Virus record (IMG/VR): IMGVR_UViG_3300048854_000081
Coordinates: 32,001-96,000 of that record
Reading direction: 5' to 3' (one strand)
Source of the DNA: a virus
Lineage: Duplodnaviria; Caudoviricetes
DNA: 64,000 nt
The notes beneath the pieces are model-generated. The model was not told the origin of the DNA. It ran no database searches and saw only the letters and a program-made list of their open reading frames with translations. This document shows, one piece after another, positions 46,908 through 56,858 of the stretch (the stretch's first letter is position 1; every line of letters begins with the position of its first letter). Made by a program: the position numbers and the translations under genes.

Positions 46908-47654
46908 ATGAAGTTCATTAAACTAATAAAAAAGAAAATAAAAATGATTAAAGATAAAAACACATTCAGAGATACGATGTACGATTATGCTAATATAAAT
47001 GAGTATTTCTCATTTTATGGCAACGTAATTTATATCTCGACCGATTACTATCACGGTAATGATTACTTTTTGGTTCTAAAGCGTGACACCAAGTACGCCT
47101 TGGTAACGATTAACCAAGAAGAAATCCAATATTACTTTGGGTTAAAGAACAGAGACAACATTACTCGCGATTTGGATACACTGTACGCGAAGCTTGAGTT
47201 CGTTGAAGGGTTACATAATTTTCGTAGAAAGCTGGATTGGTATCTATTGAATGTATTCTTCAACGAGAAGTCACGCTTCGAACTGATCAAGATTAAGAAT
47301 TCTGATCTAGTTCTATGGAATTTCATTCTGGTTGAGAATGTAATCAACAATAATAGACGTGACAAGACGATTGCTACCAAACTTATTACCCATGAATCCA
47401 GACAGCTTAACCCAAGTCTCCACCTGTCCTTCGTTCATACTGTAAATGTTTACAATACTCAGTTCACGGTAGACTATGATTGGGTGGAAGGTAATGCCTT
47501 CGTGGATGTTACTATCTACCATTTTAATTATAAATCTAAGCGTAGACTTAACTTGTTTGACATTTCGGAGTTAAATGCCGTATTATCGGTCATGTCACTT
47601 GGTGATGATTACAAAACACTAGAATATCTTGAGGGTTTCATTTTAAATGTCTGA
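46908..47654 (+). CDS. Hypothetical protein
   Basis: Track ORF 46836..47654; likely start MKFIK. Confidence 0.7.
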   Translation: MKFIKLIKKKIKMIKDKNTFRDTMYDYANINEYFSFYGNVIYISTDYYHGNDYFLVLKRDTKYALVTINQEEIQYYFGLKNRDNITRDLDTLYAKLEFVEGLHNFRRKLDWYLLNVFFNEKSRFELIKIKNSDLVLWNFILVENVINNNRRDKTIATKLITHESRQLNPSLHLSFVHTVNVYNTQFTVDYDWVEGNAFVDVTIYHFNYKSKRRLNLFDISELNAVLSVMSLGDDYKTLEYLEGFILNV

Positions 47655-48819
47655 CATCGTTTATAACTACACCAATGAATCGGCTGGTACAACCCACTCA
47701 TTCATGAACGAATATGCGTTTTCATCTATAACAGGTGCTAATTTCAGTCATGTAAAACGTTATTCATTCGATGCGAATGGTAAAGTCAGCATGGATCAAA
47801 TCATGAGTTTGATCAATCCTTTGATCGATAAATTCAATTATGATAGGGTTATTTCATCCGCAGTTCGTGGTTTAGATTATAGTGATTACGAACAGGATGA
47901 CGAAGAGTTAGCCGAAACATCACTTACCGAAGATTATTTGGAATATGTTTATCTATTCTCAACTTCAAAGACTGTTGCAGTTAGCATCAATTTCTTCGGT
48001 GGTGGTAGCAATTATCTACAGTTGAATGTAGTTTGTCAGAAACATGATGTGGAATTGGCTGCTAGTACGTTCGAAGCCTTCTATGAAGTGATCACTTCAC
48101 TGAAAAAGCCTTCTGAAGAGAAAAGCAAAGTCAATTTCATTTGTCAGTCTGGTGCTGGTGGTTTGTACTTGAGTGAGCTTGAGCTACGAAAGGACAATAC
48201 TTTCGACCTAAATGCTCATTATAACGATGATTTCGTTCCTATTTCAGAACATATCATCGAATCACTCAATAAAAAGCGTGGTAAGGGCATCGTATTCTTG
48301 CATGGTAAGCACGGTACAGGTAAAACCACCTATCTACGTCACCTGATCCATAGCTTGAAGAAGAATGTGATCTACGTTTCACCTGATATGAGTGCTAGAG
48401 TATCGGAGCCTTCGTTCCTAACATTCCTCATGAAGCACAAAAATAGCGTTTTGATCATCGAAGATGCTGAAAACGTAATCAAAACTCGTGAAGCAGGTGA
48501 AAATCAAGCAGTTTCTAACCTATTGAACATCACTGATGGTATTTTGGGTGATGGTTTGAACTTCCAGATCATTTGTACCTTCAATACGGGCTTCGATAAC
48601 ATCGATCCAGCATTGAAGCGCAAGGGAAGAATGATTGCTCAATACGAATTCGGTAATCTATCTCGTGAGAAGACCTCAAATCTCGTTAAAGAGACCTACG
48701 GTTCAGAAGTTTTACCATTGCATTCGGAAATGTCACTTGCTGAAATCTTCAATATGCAAGAAGACAACTTTGAAAAGGTAGTTGCAAAACGAGCTATCGG
48801 CTTCACAGCTTCACTATAA
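47647..48819 (+). CDS. AAA+ ATPase
   Basis: Walker A GKHGTGKT, Walker B LIIEDAE, LLNITDG, TFN, DPALKRKGR arginine-finger region. Confidence 0.92.
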   Translation: MSDIVYNYTNESAGTTHSFMNEYAFSSITGANFSHVKRYSFDANGKVSMDQIMSLINPLIDKFNYDRVISSAVRGLDYSDYEQDDEELAETSLTEDYLEYVYLFSTSKTVAVSINFFGGGSNYLQLNVVCQKHDVELAASTFEAFYEVITSLKKPSEEKSKVNFICQSGAGGLYLSELELRKDNTFDLNAHYNDDFVPISEHIIESLNKKRGKGIVFLHGKHGTGKTTYLRHLIHSLKKNVIYVSPDMSARVSEPSFLTFLMKHKNSVLIIEDAENVIKTREAGENQAVSNLLNITDGILGDGLNFQIICTFNTGFDNIDPALKRKGRMIAQYEFGNLSREKTSNLVKETYGSEVLPLHSEMSLAEIFNMQEDNFEKVVAKRAIGFTASL

Positions 48820-48820
48820 G

Positions 48821-48847
48821 AAAAGGCCGGGAATTCCCGGCCTTTTT
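48821..48847. terminator. Bidirectional intrinsic terminator
   Basis: aaaaggccggg-aatt-cccggcctttt between convergent genes. Confidence 0.85.
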
Positions 48848-48849
48848 GT

Positions 48850-49317
48850 TTACGCCTGTTGAGGCTGCTGTGGTGCTTGTTGCTGGACAGGTCTTTGTGG
48901 AGCGCCACCAGTAGTATCCTGATTACGGGAAGGCTGACCCTGTACGTTGCCACCCGGCTGCTGCTGGAACAGTTGAGTACCCTTTGCCTTCTGTAGAATC
49001 TGTTCTACTTCGGCAGCGATGGTGTTATCCAAACGCTTGATGAAACCACGTAGCTTGTTAAGATTCGACCATACACGGCTCTTCTGTGCTGGATCATTAA
49101 GCTTATTCACGATCTTGACAGCATTCATTGCGGCCATATAACGCTTCTTAGCTTCATCGAACATGTAAGACAAGTCTTCACTTTCGAAATCTAGTACACC
49201 TTCGTTAAGCTGCTTATCCTGCTTCTTGGCTTTCATCCATGTTTCATGAAGAGCCATGATGGCATCTTTCATTTCAGCCAATTCATTTTCAATAATAATT
49301 TTTTGTAGAACTTCCAT
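48850..49317 (-). CDS. Helical hypothetical protein, Gln-rich tail (probable late/virion)
   Basis: MEVLQKIIIENE N-terminus. Confidence 0.75.
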   Translation of the reverse strand: MEVLQKIIIENELAEMKDAIMALHETWMKAKKQDKQLNEGVLDFESEDLSYMFDEAKKRYMAAMNAVKIVNKLNDPAQKSRVWSNLNKLRGFIKRLDNTIAAEVEQILQKAKGTQLFQQQPGGNVQGQPSRNQDTTGGAPQRPVQQQAPQQPQQA

Positions 49318-49326
49318 TATCTTACC

Positions 49327-49701
49327 TCAAAAAAGTTTGTACTTTGATTCTTCATCTTCTTCCTCTTCCTCATCATCGTTTTCCGAATCATCAAGGGAGA
49401 AGCTGGCTTCTTCACTTTCCGGGTCGCCGTCGATGACTTCGATGTTATCGTCGTCTTCAAGACCGCCTGCGGCTTTTTCTGCGTCGTGGCATGGGCACGA
49501 ACATGTAGCTGGGTCATGCTCTGGATGATCTTCATCATTACCCTGACCATCATCTTGACCAAATGAGAGTTCCATGTCGCCATCTTGACTCTCACCATCA
49601 TCTAAGCTATCATCACCCTTTACGAATTGTACTTCGTCTTCAGGTTTGGCCGGTGTGCTAAAAATAGCAAATTCTGTTATAAGCCCTTTAAGAACTTCCA
49701 T
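49327..49701 (-). CDS. Very acidic low-complexity protein (probable late/virion)
   Basis: D/E-rich; ATAAATA upstream on minus strand. Confidence 0.75.
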   Translation of the reverse strand: MEVLKGLITEFAIFSTPAKPEDEVQFVKGDDSLDDGESQDGDMELSFGQDDGQGNDEDHPEHDPATCSCPCHDAEKAAGGLEDDDNIEVIDGDPESEEASFSLDDSENDDEEEEEDEESKYKLF

Positions 49702-49756
49702 TACGATTCTCCGAAATCTTTACTATTTATTCTAAACTTTAGAAGGAGTTATAAAA

Positions 49757-50260
49757 ATGAGATTATATTCTTTTGTTAATGGTTTGTACATGAACTCGCT
49801 TCAGTATGGTCTTCAGACCGGCCATGTCATTTCTGAAATGGCCTTGCAGAACAATGCTAACTATTTTGAATGGGCATCCAAGCACAAGACCATCATCATC
49901 TGCGATGCTATCAACCTTGCTGGGTTGTTCCGTGTGCAGAAGCTATTGATCGATTTTACGTCCATGATCGGTAGTCTTAGTAAGGTTTTCTACCCAGTAG
50001 AATCGTTTAATGAGGATGAAGCTTCTCTTGGTGGGATCATGACGTGCGTTGGTGCTGTCATTCCTGAAGATATTTACGATTTCCCGCTTCATTACCCGGA
50101 AAGTAAGTACCTGAATCTTCTTGAAACGCTGTCACCACGTAAGCTCGTTGAAAACTATGAGTTTGCTATTGAAAACTTTCATGCTCAGGAATTTGGTGTG
50201 GAACGAATTAAATTTTTGACTTATTGCTTACTTAAGTCGTATAATTTGGCTCCACGTTGA
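49757..50260 (+). CDS. Pth2-like (peptidyl-tRNA hydrolase II fold) phage protein
   Basis: LQYGLQTGH...WASKHKTIII...FNEDE..L..IMTCVG. Confidence 0.6.
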   Translation: MRLYSFVNGLYMNSLQYGLQTGHVISEMALQNNANYFEWASKHKTIIICDAINLAGLFRVQKLLIDFTSMIGSLSKVFYPVESFNEDEASLGGIMTCVGAVIPEDIYDFPLHYPESKYLNLLETLSPRKLVENYEFAIENFHAQEFGVERIKFLTYCLLKSYNLAPR

Positions 50261-50269
50261 GATTATTAA

Positions 50270-51298
50270 ATGAAGTTGATTGAAGATACGAAGCTCGATT
50301 TTAAAGATGTTTGTGTGGTACCTAAGCCCTCGCGAGCAGGGTCGAGAAGCGAAGTTAACCTTTCTTCTCAGTACCTCACACTCCATTCTAAGCAAATCAT
50401 TCGCGGTATCCCTATTATCGCTGCCAATATGAGTGCTGTAGCTACATTTGAAATGGCTAAAGCTCTTGCGGCCAACGGCATGTTCACTGCCCTTCACAAG
50501 CATTATTCTGTCGAAGAATTGGCTCAATTCTATAATTATTCCAATCGAGACGTCATCGATCATACCTTTTATACTCTAGGTATGCACGACATGGAGAAGT
50601 TTGAGCATTTTGTGGACCTGTGCCGTGACGGATTCCCCAAGTTAATCTGTCTCGATGTAGCCAATGGTTACATGCAGAACTTCCATCGTTTTATCCACAA
50701 AGTCAGAAATATATGTCGTGGCTCCATTATCATGGCAGGCAACGTCGTAACTCCTGAGGGTGTTCGGATCGTTGTCGATTCTGGTGCAGATATCGTTAAG
50801 GTGGGCATAGGATCATCGGCAGTATGTCGTACCCGTATGGTCGCTGGCGTGGGTGTTCCTCAGTTATCAGCCATCCTCGACTGTTATGAAATGACAAATA
50901 AAATGAATGCTTTGATGTGTTCGGATGGTGGTTGCAATTCACCGGGAGACTTTGTAAAAGCATTTGGGGCTGGCGCTGACTTTGTAATGTCTGGTACAAT
51001 GTTTGCCGGTCATGAGGAATGTGGTGGCGAAATTAGCGACGGTAAGATGGCTTTTTACGGTATGTCTTCCGAAGCAGCCATGAACAAACATCATGGTGGT
51101 ATGGCTAACCATCGATCTTCTGAAGGTATCCATACCATGGTAGATTACAAGGGTCCAGTTCAAAATACCGTGAATCATATCCTCGGCGGATTGAGAAGCG
51201 GTGGTAGTTACATCAATGCACTAACTCTTGCTGAGTTTGCACCAAACACAACTTTCGTTAAAGTTAATAGACCTTACAACAATATTTTTGGAGAATAA
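50270..51298 (+). CDS. guaC: GMP reductase
   Basis: [60 protein letters not shown]. Confidence 0.92.
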   Translation: MKLIEDTKLDFKDVCVVPKPSRAGSRSEVNLSSQYLTLHSKQIIRGIPIIAANMSAVATFEMAKALAANGMFTALHKHYSVEELAQFYNYSNRDVIDHTFYTLGMHDMEKFEHFVDLCRDGFPKLICLDVANGYMQNFHRFIHKVRNICRGSIIMAGNVVTPEGVRIVVDSGADIVKVGIGSSAVCRTRMVAGVGVPQLSAILDCYEMTNKMNALMCSDGGCNSPGDFVKAFGAGADFVMSGTMFAGHEECGGEISDGKMAFYGMSSEAAMNKHHGGMANHRSSEGIHTMVDYKGPVQNTVNHILGGLRSGGSYINALTLAEFAPNTTFVKVNRPYNNIFGE

Positions 51299-51300
51299 CA

Positions 51301-52008
51301 ATGAAGCAACCCAACACTGGTCCGTCACTTACTGACCGCATGAAGGCTTATGAGCAGGTTAACACTGGCTATCTAATGAAGCGTACACCTGTCGTCATCC
51401 GCTTGGATGGCAAGGCTTTTAAATCATGGACATCAAACCTCAATCGTCCTTTCGATCCTATCCTTCCTGAACTAATGAAGGAAACCGTTAAGTACCTGAT
51501 GAAGGAAGTACAGGGTTGCACATTTGCATTCTCTCAGTCCGATGAGATTTCTATTTTCCTTCGTGATTATGATTCTCTGACCACTGAGGGTTGGTTTGGT
51601 TACAATGTACAGAAGATGATTAGTGTGTCGGCTTCTCTAGTGACTGCGAAATTCAATCAGGCGGCTGCTAAATACGATTTACCTTTAGCCCATTTTGATG
51701 CGAGAGTGTTTTCTCTTCCTAAGGAAGAGGTTGTTAATTATTTCATCTATCGTCAGCATGACGGTGTACGAAATAGTGTGAGTATGCATGCTCATGATGT
51801 GTTCGGTCATAAGGCTGTACAGGGAAAGAGTGTGATTGAAATGAAGCAAATGCTTAAGGATGAAGGTAAGTCTTGGGATGATCTTCCGACTCAGTTCCGT
51901 CATGGAATTGCTATCCGAAAGGATGAGTCGCAGATTACGACTGAACTTCCTCTCTTTAAGGATGATAGAAGTTACATTGAAGAACTAGTTTACGTTAAAG
52001 CAGAATAA
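51301..52008 (+). CDS. thg1: tRNA(His) guanylyltransferase Thg1-like protein
   Basis: RMKAYE, VVIRLDGKAF, QSDEIS, HFDARVF, YFIYRQHDGVRNS. Confidence 0.92.
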   Translation: MKQPNTGPSLTDRMKAYEQVNTGYLMKRTPVVIRLDGKAFKSWTSNLNRPFDPILPELMKETVKYLMKEVQGCTFAFSQSDEISIFLRDYDSLTTEGWFGYNVQKMISVSASLVTAKFNQAAAKYDLPLAHFDARVFSLPKEEVVNYFIYRQHDGVRNSVSMHAHDVFGHKAVQGKSVIEMKQMLKDEGKSWDDLPTQFRHGIAIRKDESQITTELPLFKDDRSYIEELVYVKAE

Positions 52009-52022
52009 AAACAGGAAATATA

Positions 52023-52385
52023 ATGAGTGATGTAAAAGTAATTGCGTTTAACAACGGTATGCAGGTTATCGCCAACGTTGTAAAAGAAGATGCCACCCAT
52101 CTTCATGTGGAAGATATGTTAGTCATCGTCCTCATCCCACCACAGCCAATTCGTGATGACGAAGGTAATGTGACTGGTAATACACCGCCACGTCTTCAGT
52201 TCGCTGAATTCAGTGATTTCATGGTGTTGAGTGATTTTGGTGATGGTGTTTCGGGTAAGGTTCCACATACCAGCTACATGTTGCTATCCGATCCAGTGGA
52301 TACGATTGCTGCTGGTTTCAGTAGCCGTACTAGCAGAATTCAGCTAGCCTCGGTTTCTAATTCTGGTAAAATCATTACCAAGTAA
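52023..52385 (+). CDS. Hypothetical protein, possible Sm-like beta fold
   Basis: VKVIAFNNGMQVIANV N-terminus typical of T4-like phage small proteins. Confidence 0.65.
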   Translation: MSDVKVIAFNNGMQVIANVVKEDATHLHVEDMLVIVLIPPQPIRDDEGNVTGNTPPRLQFAEFSDFMVLSDFGDGVSGKVPHTSYMLLSDPVDTIAAGFSSRTSRIQLASVSNSGKIITK

Positions 52386-52387
52386 TT

Positions 52388-52702
52388 ATGTATTACACTA
52401 GTATACTATATAAGAAAGATAACAAAGTATACCTAGGATCGGTGTCGCCAAGCAATCCAAAGGCTGTTGAAGCTTTTGGATTGCTTTTTTCTGTCAAGGC
52501 TAAAACATTCTCAGAAGAAATGGTTTATATCGTCATGGTGGAAAAGGTTGAAGGTGAACCTGTTAAGGTATATGAGTTAGAAAAGTTCACTGCCGGTTCT
52601 GTATTGAACGGTGGAACGATTGCTGATGCCAATCTAAACACGATGTTGTCTGTAGCTACGGTACTCTTAGAGAGCCATCTAAAGCGTCTCAGATACCATT
52701 GA
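52388..52702 (+). CDS. Hypothetical protein
   Basis: 104-aa ORF. Confidence 0.65.
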   Translation: MYYTSILYKKDNKVYLGSVSPSNPKAVEAFGLLFSVKAKTFSEEMVYIVMVEKVEGEPVKVYELEKFTAGSVLNGGTIADANLNTMLSVATVLLESHLKRLRYH

Positions 52703-53006
52703 AGTTGATATTATAGGCTTGTTCAAAGAAACTACGTTCCTCGTGCTCTAATTCGAAGATAACTCGATTAAGATTCCATTGCTTTGGATGAACGTTATAC
52801 ATGATCATGGTTTGACCTTTCTGCAAGGCAAACCAGAAGGCCACACCACCCAAAATCTTGGGTTGTAGCTCATTGAAATACTGGCCGGTCTTCAGGCTAT
52901 AGTTATAAAGAAATTCAGCAATCTTCTCAGTTACCTGTGGCACATCAAGGTCCGAGACCAATTCCGTTTGCAACTCTTTTTCTTTTAAAATTCTTCCCTT
53001 ATCCAT
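52689..53006 (-). CDS. Hypothetical protein
   Basis: 105-aa ORF. Confidence 0.65.
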   Translation of the reverse strand: MDKGRILKEKELQTELVSDLDVPQVTEKIAEFLYNYSLKTGQYFNELQPKILGGVAFWFALQKGQTMIMYNVHPKQWNLNRVIFELEHEERSFFEQAYNINFNGI

Positions 53007-53310
53007 AATGATACTCTATCGTTTCTACTGAGTATATATTAAGTAGATAGGTAAGCTGTTCTTCTAATTGGGATTTTAGTTCCATGAACTCAATAGACTT
53101 GGCATAAGTCTCCGCATAGTCACGGAACGAGTCATAGTAACAGAGAGATTTAAAACGAGGGAACTTGAATTCAAGATTCAAGTTTTGGGAACCATAATTT
53201 ATTAAAACTACGTCGGTGATCGTGTCACAAGTGGTGCAGACATACGTGTTCCAGTAGTTTACTAAATCTAGTTCGAAGTGTTTCAGCTTCATACAAACGT
53301 CCGTTACCAA
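52999..53310 (-). CDS. Hypothetical protein
   Basis: 103-aa ORF. Confidence 0.6.
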   Translation of the reverse strand: MVTDVCMKLKHFELDLVNYWNTYVCTTCDTITDVVLINYGSQNLNLEFKFPRFKSLCYYDSFRDYAETYAKSIEFMELKSQLEEQLTYLLNIYSVETIEYHYG

Positions 53311-53318
53311 AAATTATT

Positions 53319-53326
53319 TATAAATA
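53319..53326 (+). promoter_or_regulatory. T4-type late promoter TATAAATA
   Basis: Exact T4 gp55 consensus 24 nt upstream of ATG 53350. Confidence 0.6.
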
Positions 53327-53349
53327 TTATGACATCTATTGGTAAATTT

Positions 53350-53952
53350 ATGGGCTTGTTTCAAGAAATTATTATTGCAGAAAACCACAAGGCTTCTCAG
53401 AAGGAGCTTGAGTACACTCATTCTCTTATCAATAAGACATACAATGAATGGCGTAAGATTCGTCGCAGAATTAATGCAGTAGATATCATCACGACTACGG
53501 TTAACAGAATCATCAAGATGAACCCGGAATCTATCCAGTTCTTGAATGATGAAATGAAAATGAAGATGGCTATCCTGATCATGCGTTGCATGGATAACCC
53601 ATATTGGAAGCCAGTTTCCAATAAAGAGAAGCTTTACACCAAGCTATTTCCTCTAATCAAACCTCTAGAGAACTTCGCGCTCAATACAGGCACCAACGGA
53701 ACGCTTAAGCAAATTATCATGACTCGCCTAAGTGCGAACCTTGCTATGCAGGATGAACACAATAAGGGTAAAGTTATGGTGTGCTATGAGCCAACCATGC
53801 CTATTGCCTACTCCCGTTATCTTCTCGGTGAACACAAGCCAGACAAGGTTTACAAGATGCAGGCTTTATCCATGCCCGAAGACTTTGAAACCTTGATCCA
53901 TATCATCAGACTTGATTTGGATAAGGCCATGAAGAAAGCTTCAGCCAAATAA
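53350..53952 (+). CDS. Hypothetical late protein
   Basis: MGLFQEIIIAE start after late promoter. Confidence 0.7.
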   Translation: MGLFQEIIIAENHKASQKELEYTHSLINKTYNEWRKIRRRINAVDIITTTVNRIIKMNPESIQFLNDEMKMKMAILIMRCMDNPYWKPVSNKEKLYTKLFPLIKPLENFALNTGTNGTLKQIIMTRLSANLAMQDEHNKGKVMVCYEPTMPIAYSRYLLGEHKPDKVYKMQALSMPEDFETLIHIIRLDLDKAMKKASAK

Positions 53953-53960
53953 AAACTTCG

Positions 53961-54737
53961 TCATATTTCTATGACGAAGTTGGGGTCGAAGTTACCCTGA
54001 TTTTCCTTACCATAACCTCGGGGATTAGCCAAGACTCTGGTGTTTCCTACCATATAGTCTGAACTGTTATGACAATGGCCGTGAACCCAAAGATCGATTT
54101 CATGATCTAGGATGAATTCACTCAAGTCAGAAACGAATCCTGCGTTCAGTACGCTTCCCTTATACTTTTCGGCAACAGACTCGTACGTTGGAGCATGATG
54201 CGTCAGAACGATTTTCTTATCCGTAATGGCTTCCTTTAACGCATTATCAATGAACTCCAAGTCTTTCTTGTGCATAGCCATCGCATCAAGAGGCTTAAAT
54301 TTTCTCTGATATGGGAAATTGGCAGTGCCAATTCGGATATTGTGGAAGTCATTAAGACCTTGATTGACTTGCCAGATAGCCATGGGATCGCCCTTAGCCA
54401 TATCTGTCCACAACGTAGCCCCGATGATGGTAACACCATCAAGAACCACAGACCTTCGATCCATCACCAAAACGTTAGGAATGTCTACGATGGCATTCTT
54501 GAATTTGGTGATAGCATTGTTGATGCTTCCACCGTAATATTCATGATTACCAAAAATCACGAGGACATTCATGTAGTTTGGCGCAGCATCTAACAAGAAC
54601 TCACGAAAATACTTCACGCGATCAATCTCGCATGTATCTCCGATTAAGGCTAGTACAGTGTTCTTTGAGTCTTCGGGGGGAAAATCCTTATAAGAAACGA
54701 TGTCCAGATGTAGGTCACTAATCAATTTAATTTTCAT
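53961..54737 (-). CDS. Calcineurin-like metallophosphoesterase
   Basis: SDLH, IGD, GNHEYY, THHAP, HGHCH, NPRGY. Confidence 0.92.
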   Translation of the reverse strand: MKIKLISDLHLDIVSYKDFPPEDSKNTVLALIGDTCEIDRVKYFREFLLDAAPNYMNVLVIFGNHEYYGGSINNAITKFKNAIVDIPNVLVMDRRSVVLDGVTIIGATLWTDMAKGDPMAIWQVNQGLNDFHNIRIGTANFPYQRKFKPLDAMAMHKKDLEFIDNALKEAITDKKIVLTHHAPTYESVAEKYKGSVLNAGFVSDLSEFILDHEIDLWVHGHCHNSSDYMVGNTRVLANPRGYGKENQGNFDPNFVIEI

Positions 54738-54789
54738 AAGGTTTCTTCCTGCAAATAAATATATTCACACACTTACAGGAACTTGTCAA

Positions 54790-55509
54790 ATGAGCAACAC
54801 TTACTATGGTTTAGGTCACATCGAACATTCTGATCCTCGCGATGCTCTATTCCCCATGTCTGCCGTACTACCGGAACGTCCTTTCATTACTCAAAAGATG
54901 TGGTGGGATAACGGTTGGTGGGGCAATCAAGGTAACACTTCGATGTGCACTGTTTACTCATGGTCTCATTGGTTAGAAGACGGTCCTCTCATTCAAGATG
55001 GCCTAGGACAGCGTGAAAAGCCGTTGTTCGATGTTCAGAAGCTTTATCATAAAGCTCAGTTGAACGATGGTATTCCGGGTACCAATTACAATGGTTCGAC
55101 TGTTCGTGCTGTTGCTAAGATTCTTAAAGATATGGGTGTGATCGGCGAATACCGTTGGGCAGCATCCGTTGACGATATTGTCACTTGTCTTCTAACTCTC
55201 GGTCCTGTAGTTGTGGGTACTCGTTGGTATACTTCCATGTTCTCACCAGATAGTCAAGGGCTGGTCAAACCTGTAGGTGGAATGGCTGGTGGTCATGCTT
55301 ACTTGTTAAATGGTGTGGATGTTGACAAGAAATTGATCCGCATCAAGAATTCATGGGGTAAGGAGTGGGGTCAGGACGGTCATGCTTATGTTTCATTTGA
55401 TGACTTTGCCAAGCTTCTAGCTGATGGTGGTCAGGCTTGTATGGCCTTTGCTCAGAAGCTAACAGTGTTACCAAATCTGGATAGCACGCAAGACCAAGAT
55501 GTAACATAA
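54790..55509 (+). CDS. Papain-like (C1) cysteine peptidase
   Basis: NQGNTSMCTVYS, GGHAYLLNG, IKNSWGKEWG. Confidence 0.9.
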   Translation: MSNTYYGLGHIEHSDPRDALFPMSAVLPERPFITQKMWWDNGWWGNQGNTSMCTVYSWSHWLEDGPLIQDGLGQREKPLFDVQKLYHKAQLNDGIPGTNYNGSTVRAVAKILKDMGVIGEYRWAASVDDIVTCLLTLGPVVVGTRWYTSMFSPDSQGLVKPVGGMAGGHAYLLNGVDVDKKLIRIKNSWGKEWGQDGHAYVSFDDFAKLLADGGQACMAFAQKLTVLPNLDSTQDQDVT

Positions 55510-55536
55510 AAAAAGGGAGCTTTCGCTCCCTTTTTT
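55508..55536. terminator. Bidirectional intrinsic terminator
   Basis: aaaaagggagc-tttc-gctcccttttt. Confidence 0.85.
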
Positions 55537-56851
55537 ATTTCAGTACCTTTAGAAGTTTCTCTAGATCGAGTCTGTATTCAGTTTCGGCCGTCGTTCCCTT
55601 AAAATATACACAACTCTCGTATAGTTCAAGGTACTTGTTGCCCAACTTATCAATTTCTTCCGTCGTTAGATGATAGAAATTCATGTTTAACAGCGAATCG
55701 ATGTGCTCTGGCTTAAACTTAAGTGCGATCAATTCATCATTCAATTGCTTCTTGGATTTTTCCTTGAAGGTAATCTTGTTCGCGATAACTGACTCAATGA
55801 ACTTAATCTTAGCTTTTAACAACGCCATATCGGTTGTTAAGATGTCCAGTTCTTTTTCAATACGTTTTTGAACGTACTTAAGACGGAAATCACAGAAATC
55901 CTTGATCAAATCGATAGGTGTATCGTAAATCTTAAACTTACCTTCCGGATCAATGACCGATAGGTTTTCAGTGAATGACTTTCTTAGCTTAAAGGTCTTT
56001 TCGATATCACCATCAAAATCTCTTCTAAGAGTAACCAAGAACTGGAAGCCATTCATATCACACTGGTCTTCATAGTTGACCAATACGCCGTTCTCTTCCA
56101 ATGTATCAAGAATCTCTACATAGGTTTCACGATCATAACCGTAAGGAACTTCTGTGATGAGAAGCTTTGTCTTACCCTTGAGTTCGAATGTACCAACGAC
56201 ATCGTAACTCTTAGGACCAGTTCTCTCAACCGTGCCAGTGAACTGGGGGAACTTCGGTAGCAATGTTTTACCATCGATGCTCTTACCGCTCAGATACATC
56301 GCAGTGAGCTTCGTAACCTCCTTCACGTCGTAGGGAAGGATATCGGTAGCAAAGCCCGTAGCAACGCCGCTGATGCCATTCAGAAGCACATACGGGATGA
56401 TAGGAAGATACCATTTAGGTGTCTTGATATCTTCATCGATATGTTCGGGACATAGATCGGTATCCATGAAGAAATTGTAGAAATTCTTATGAATCTTGGC
56501 GAAGATGTAACGTGCTGCTGCCGGTTTCTGTACCAATCGAGTACCAAAGTTACCATCGCCTTCTAGTAAGGGATTGTTATTCTGCCAATCGGAACCCATC
56601 GCAGTAGCCGCACCCTGTGCAGATGTTTCGCCGTGATGGTAACCATATGCTGAAACGTTACCTGCAATCTCTGCTACCTTGGCAAATCTATCCTTAGCAT
56701 TCTTCAATGCCGAATACAGAATGAAGCGCTGGCTTGGCTTTAAGCCGTCTACCATGGAAGGAATAGCACGCTCTTCTACAGTATAGAGAGCGTATTCCTT
56801 CCAGTTCTTGGCAACAACTACGGTTAGTGGTACTTTTTTATTCTTAGCCAT
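55535..56851 (-). CDS. gp52: DNA topoisomerase II, gp52-like (GyrA/ParC-type) subunit
   Basis: RAIPSMVDGLKPSQR, YHHGETS, GNFGTR, AAARYI catalytic Tyr. Confidence 0.95.
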   Translation of the reverse strand: MAKNKKVPLTVVVAKNWKEYALYTVEERAIPSMVDGLKPSQRFILYSALKNAKDRFAKVAEIAGNVSAYGYHHGETSAQGAATAMGSDWQNNNPLLEGDGNFGTRLVQKPAAARYIFAKIHKNFYNFFMDTDLCPEHIDEDIKTPKWYLPIIPYVLLNGISGVATGFATDILPYDVKEVTKLTAMYLSGKSIDGKTLLPKFPQFTGTVERTGPKSYDVVGTFELKGKTKLLITEVPYGYDRETYVEILDTLEENGVLVNYEDQCDMNGFQFLVTLRRDFDGDIEKTFKLRKSFTENLSVIDPEGKFKIYDTPIDLIKDFCDFRLKYVQKRIEKELDILTTDMALLKAKIKFIESVIANKITFKEKSKKQLNDELIALKFKPEHIDSLLNMNFYHLTTEEIDKLGNKYLELYESCVYFKGTTAETEYRLDLEKLLKVLK

Positions 56852-56858
56852 TATCTCA

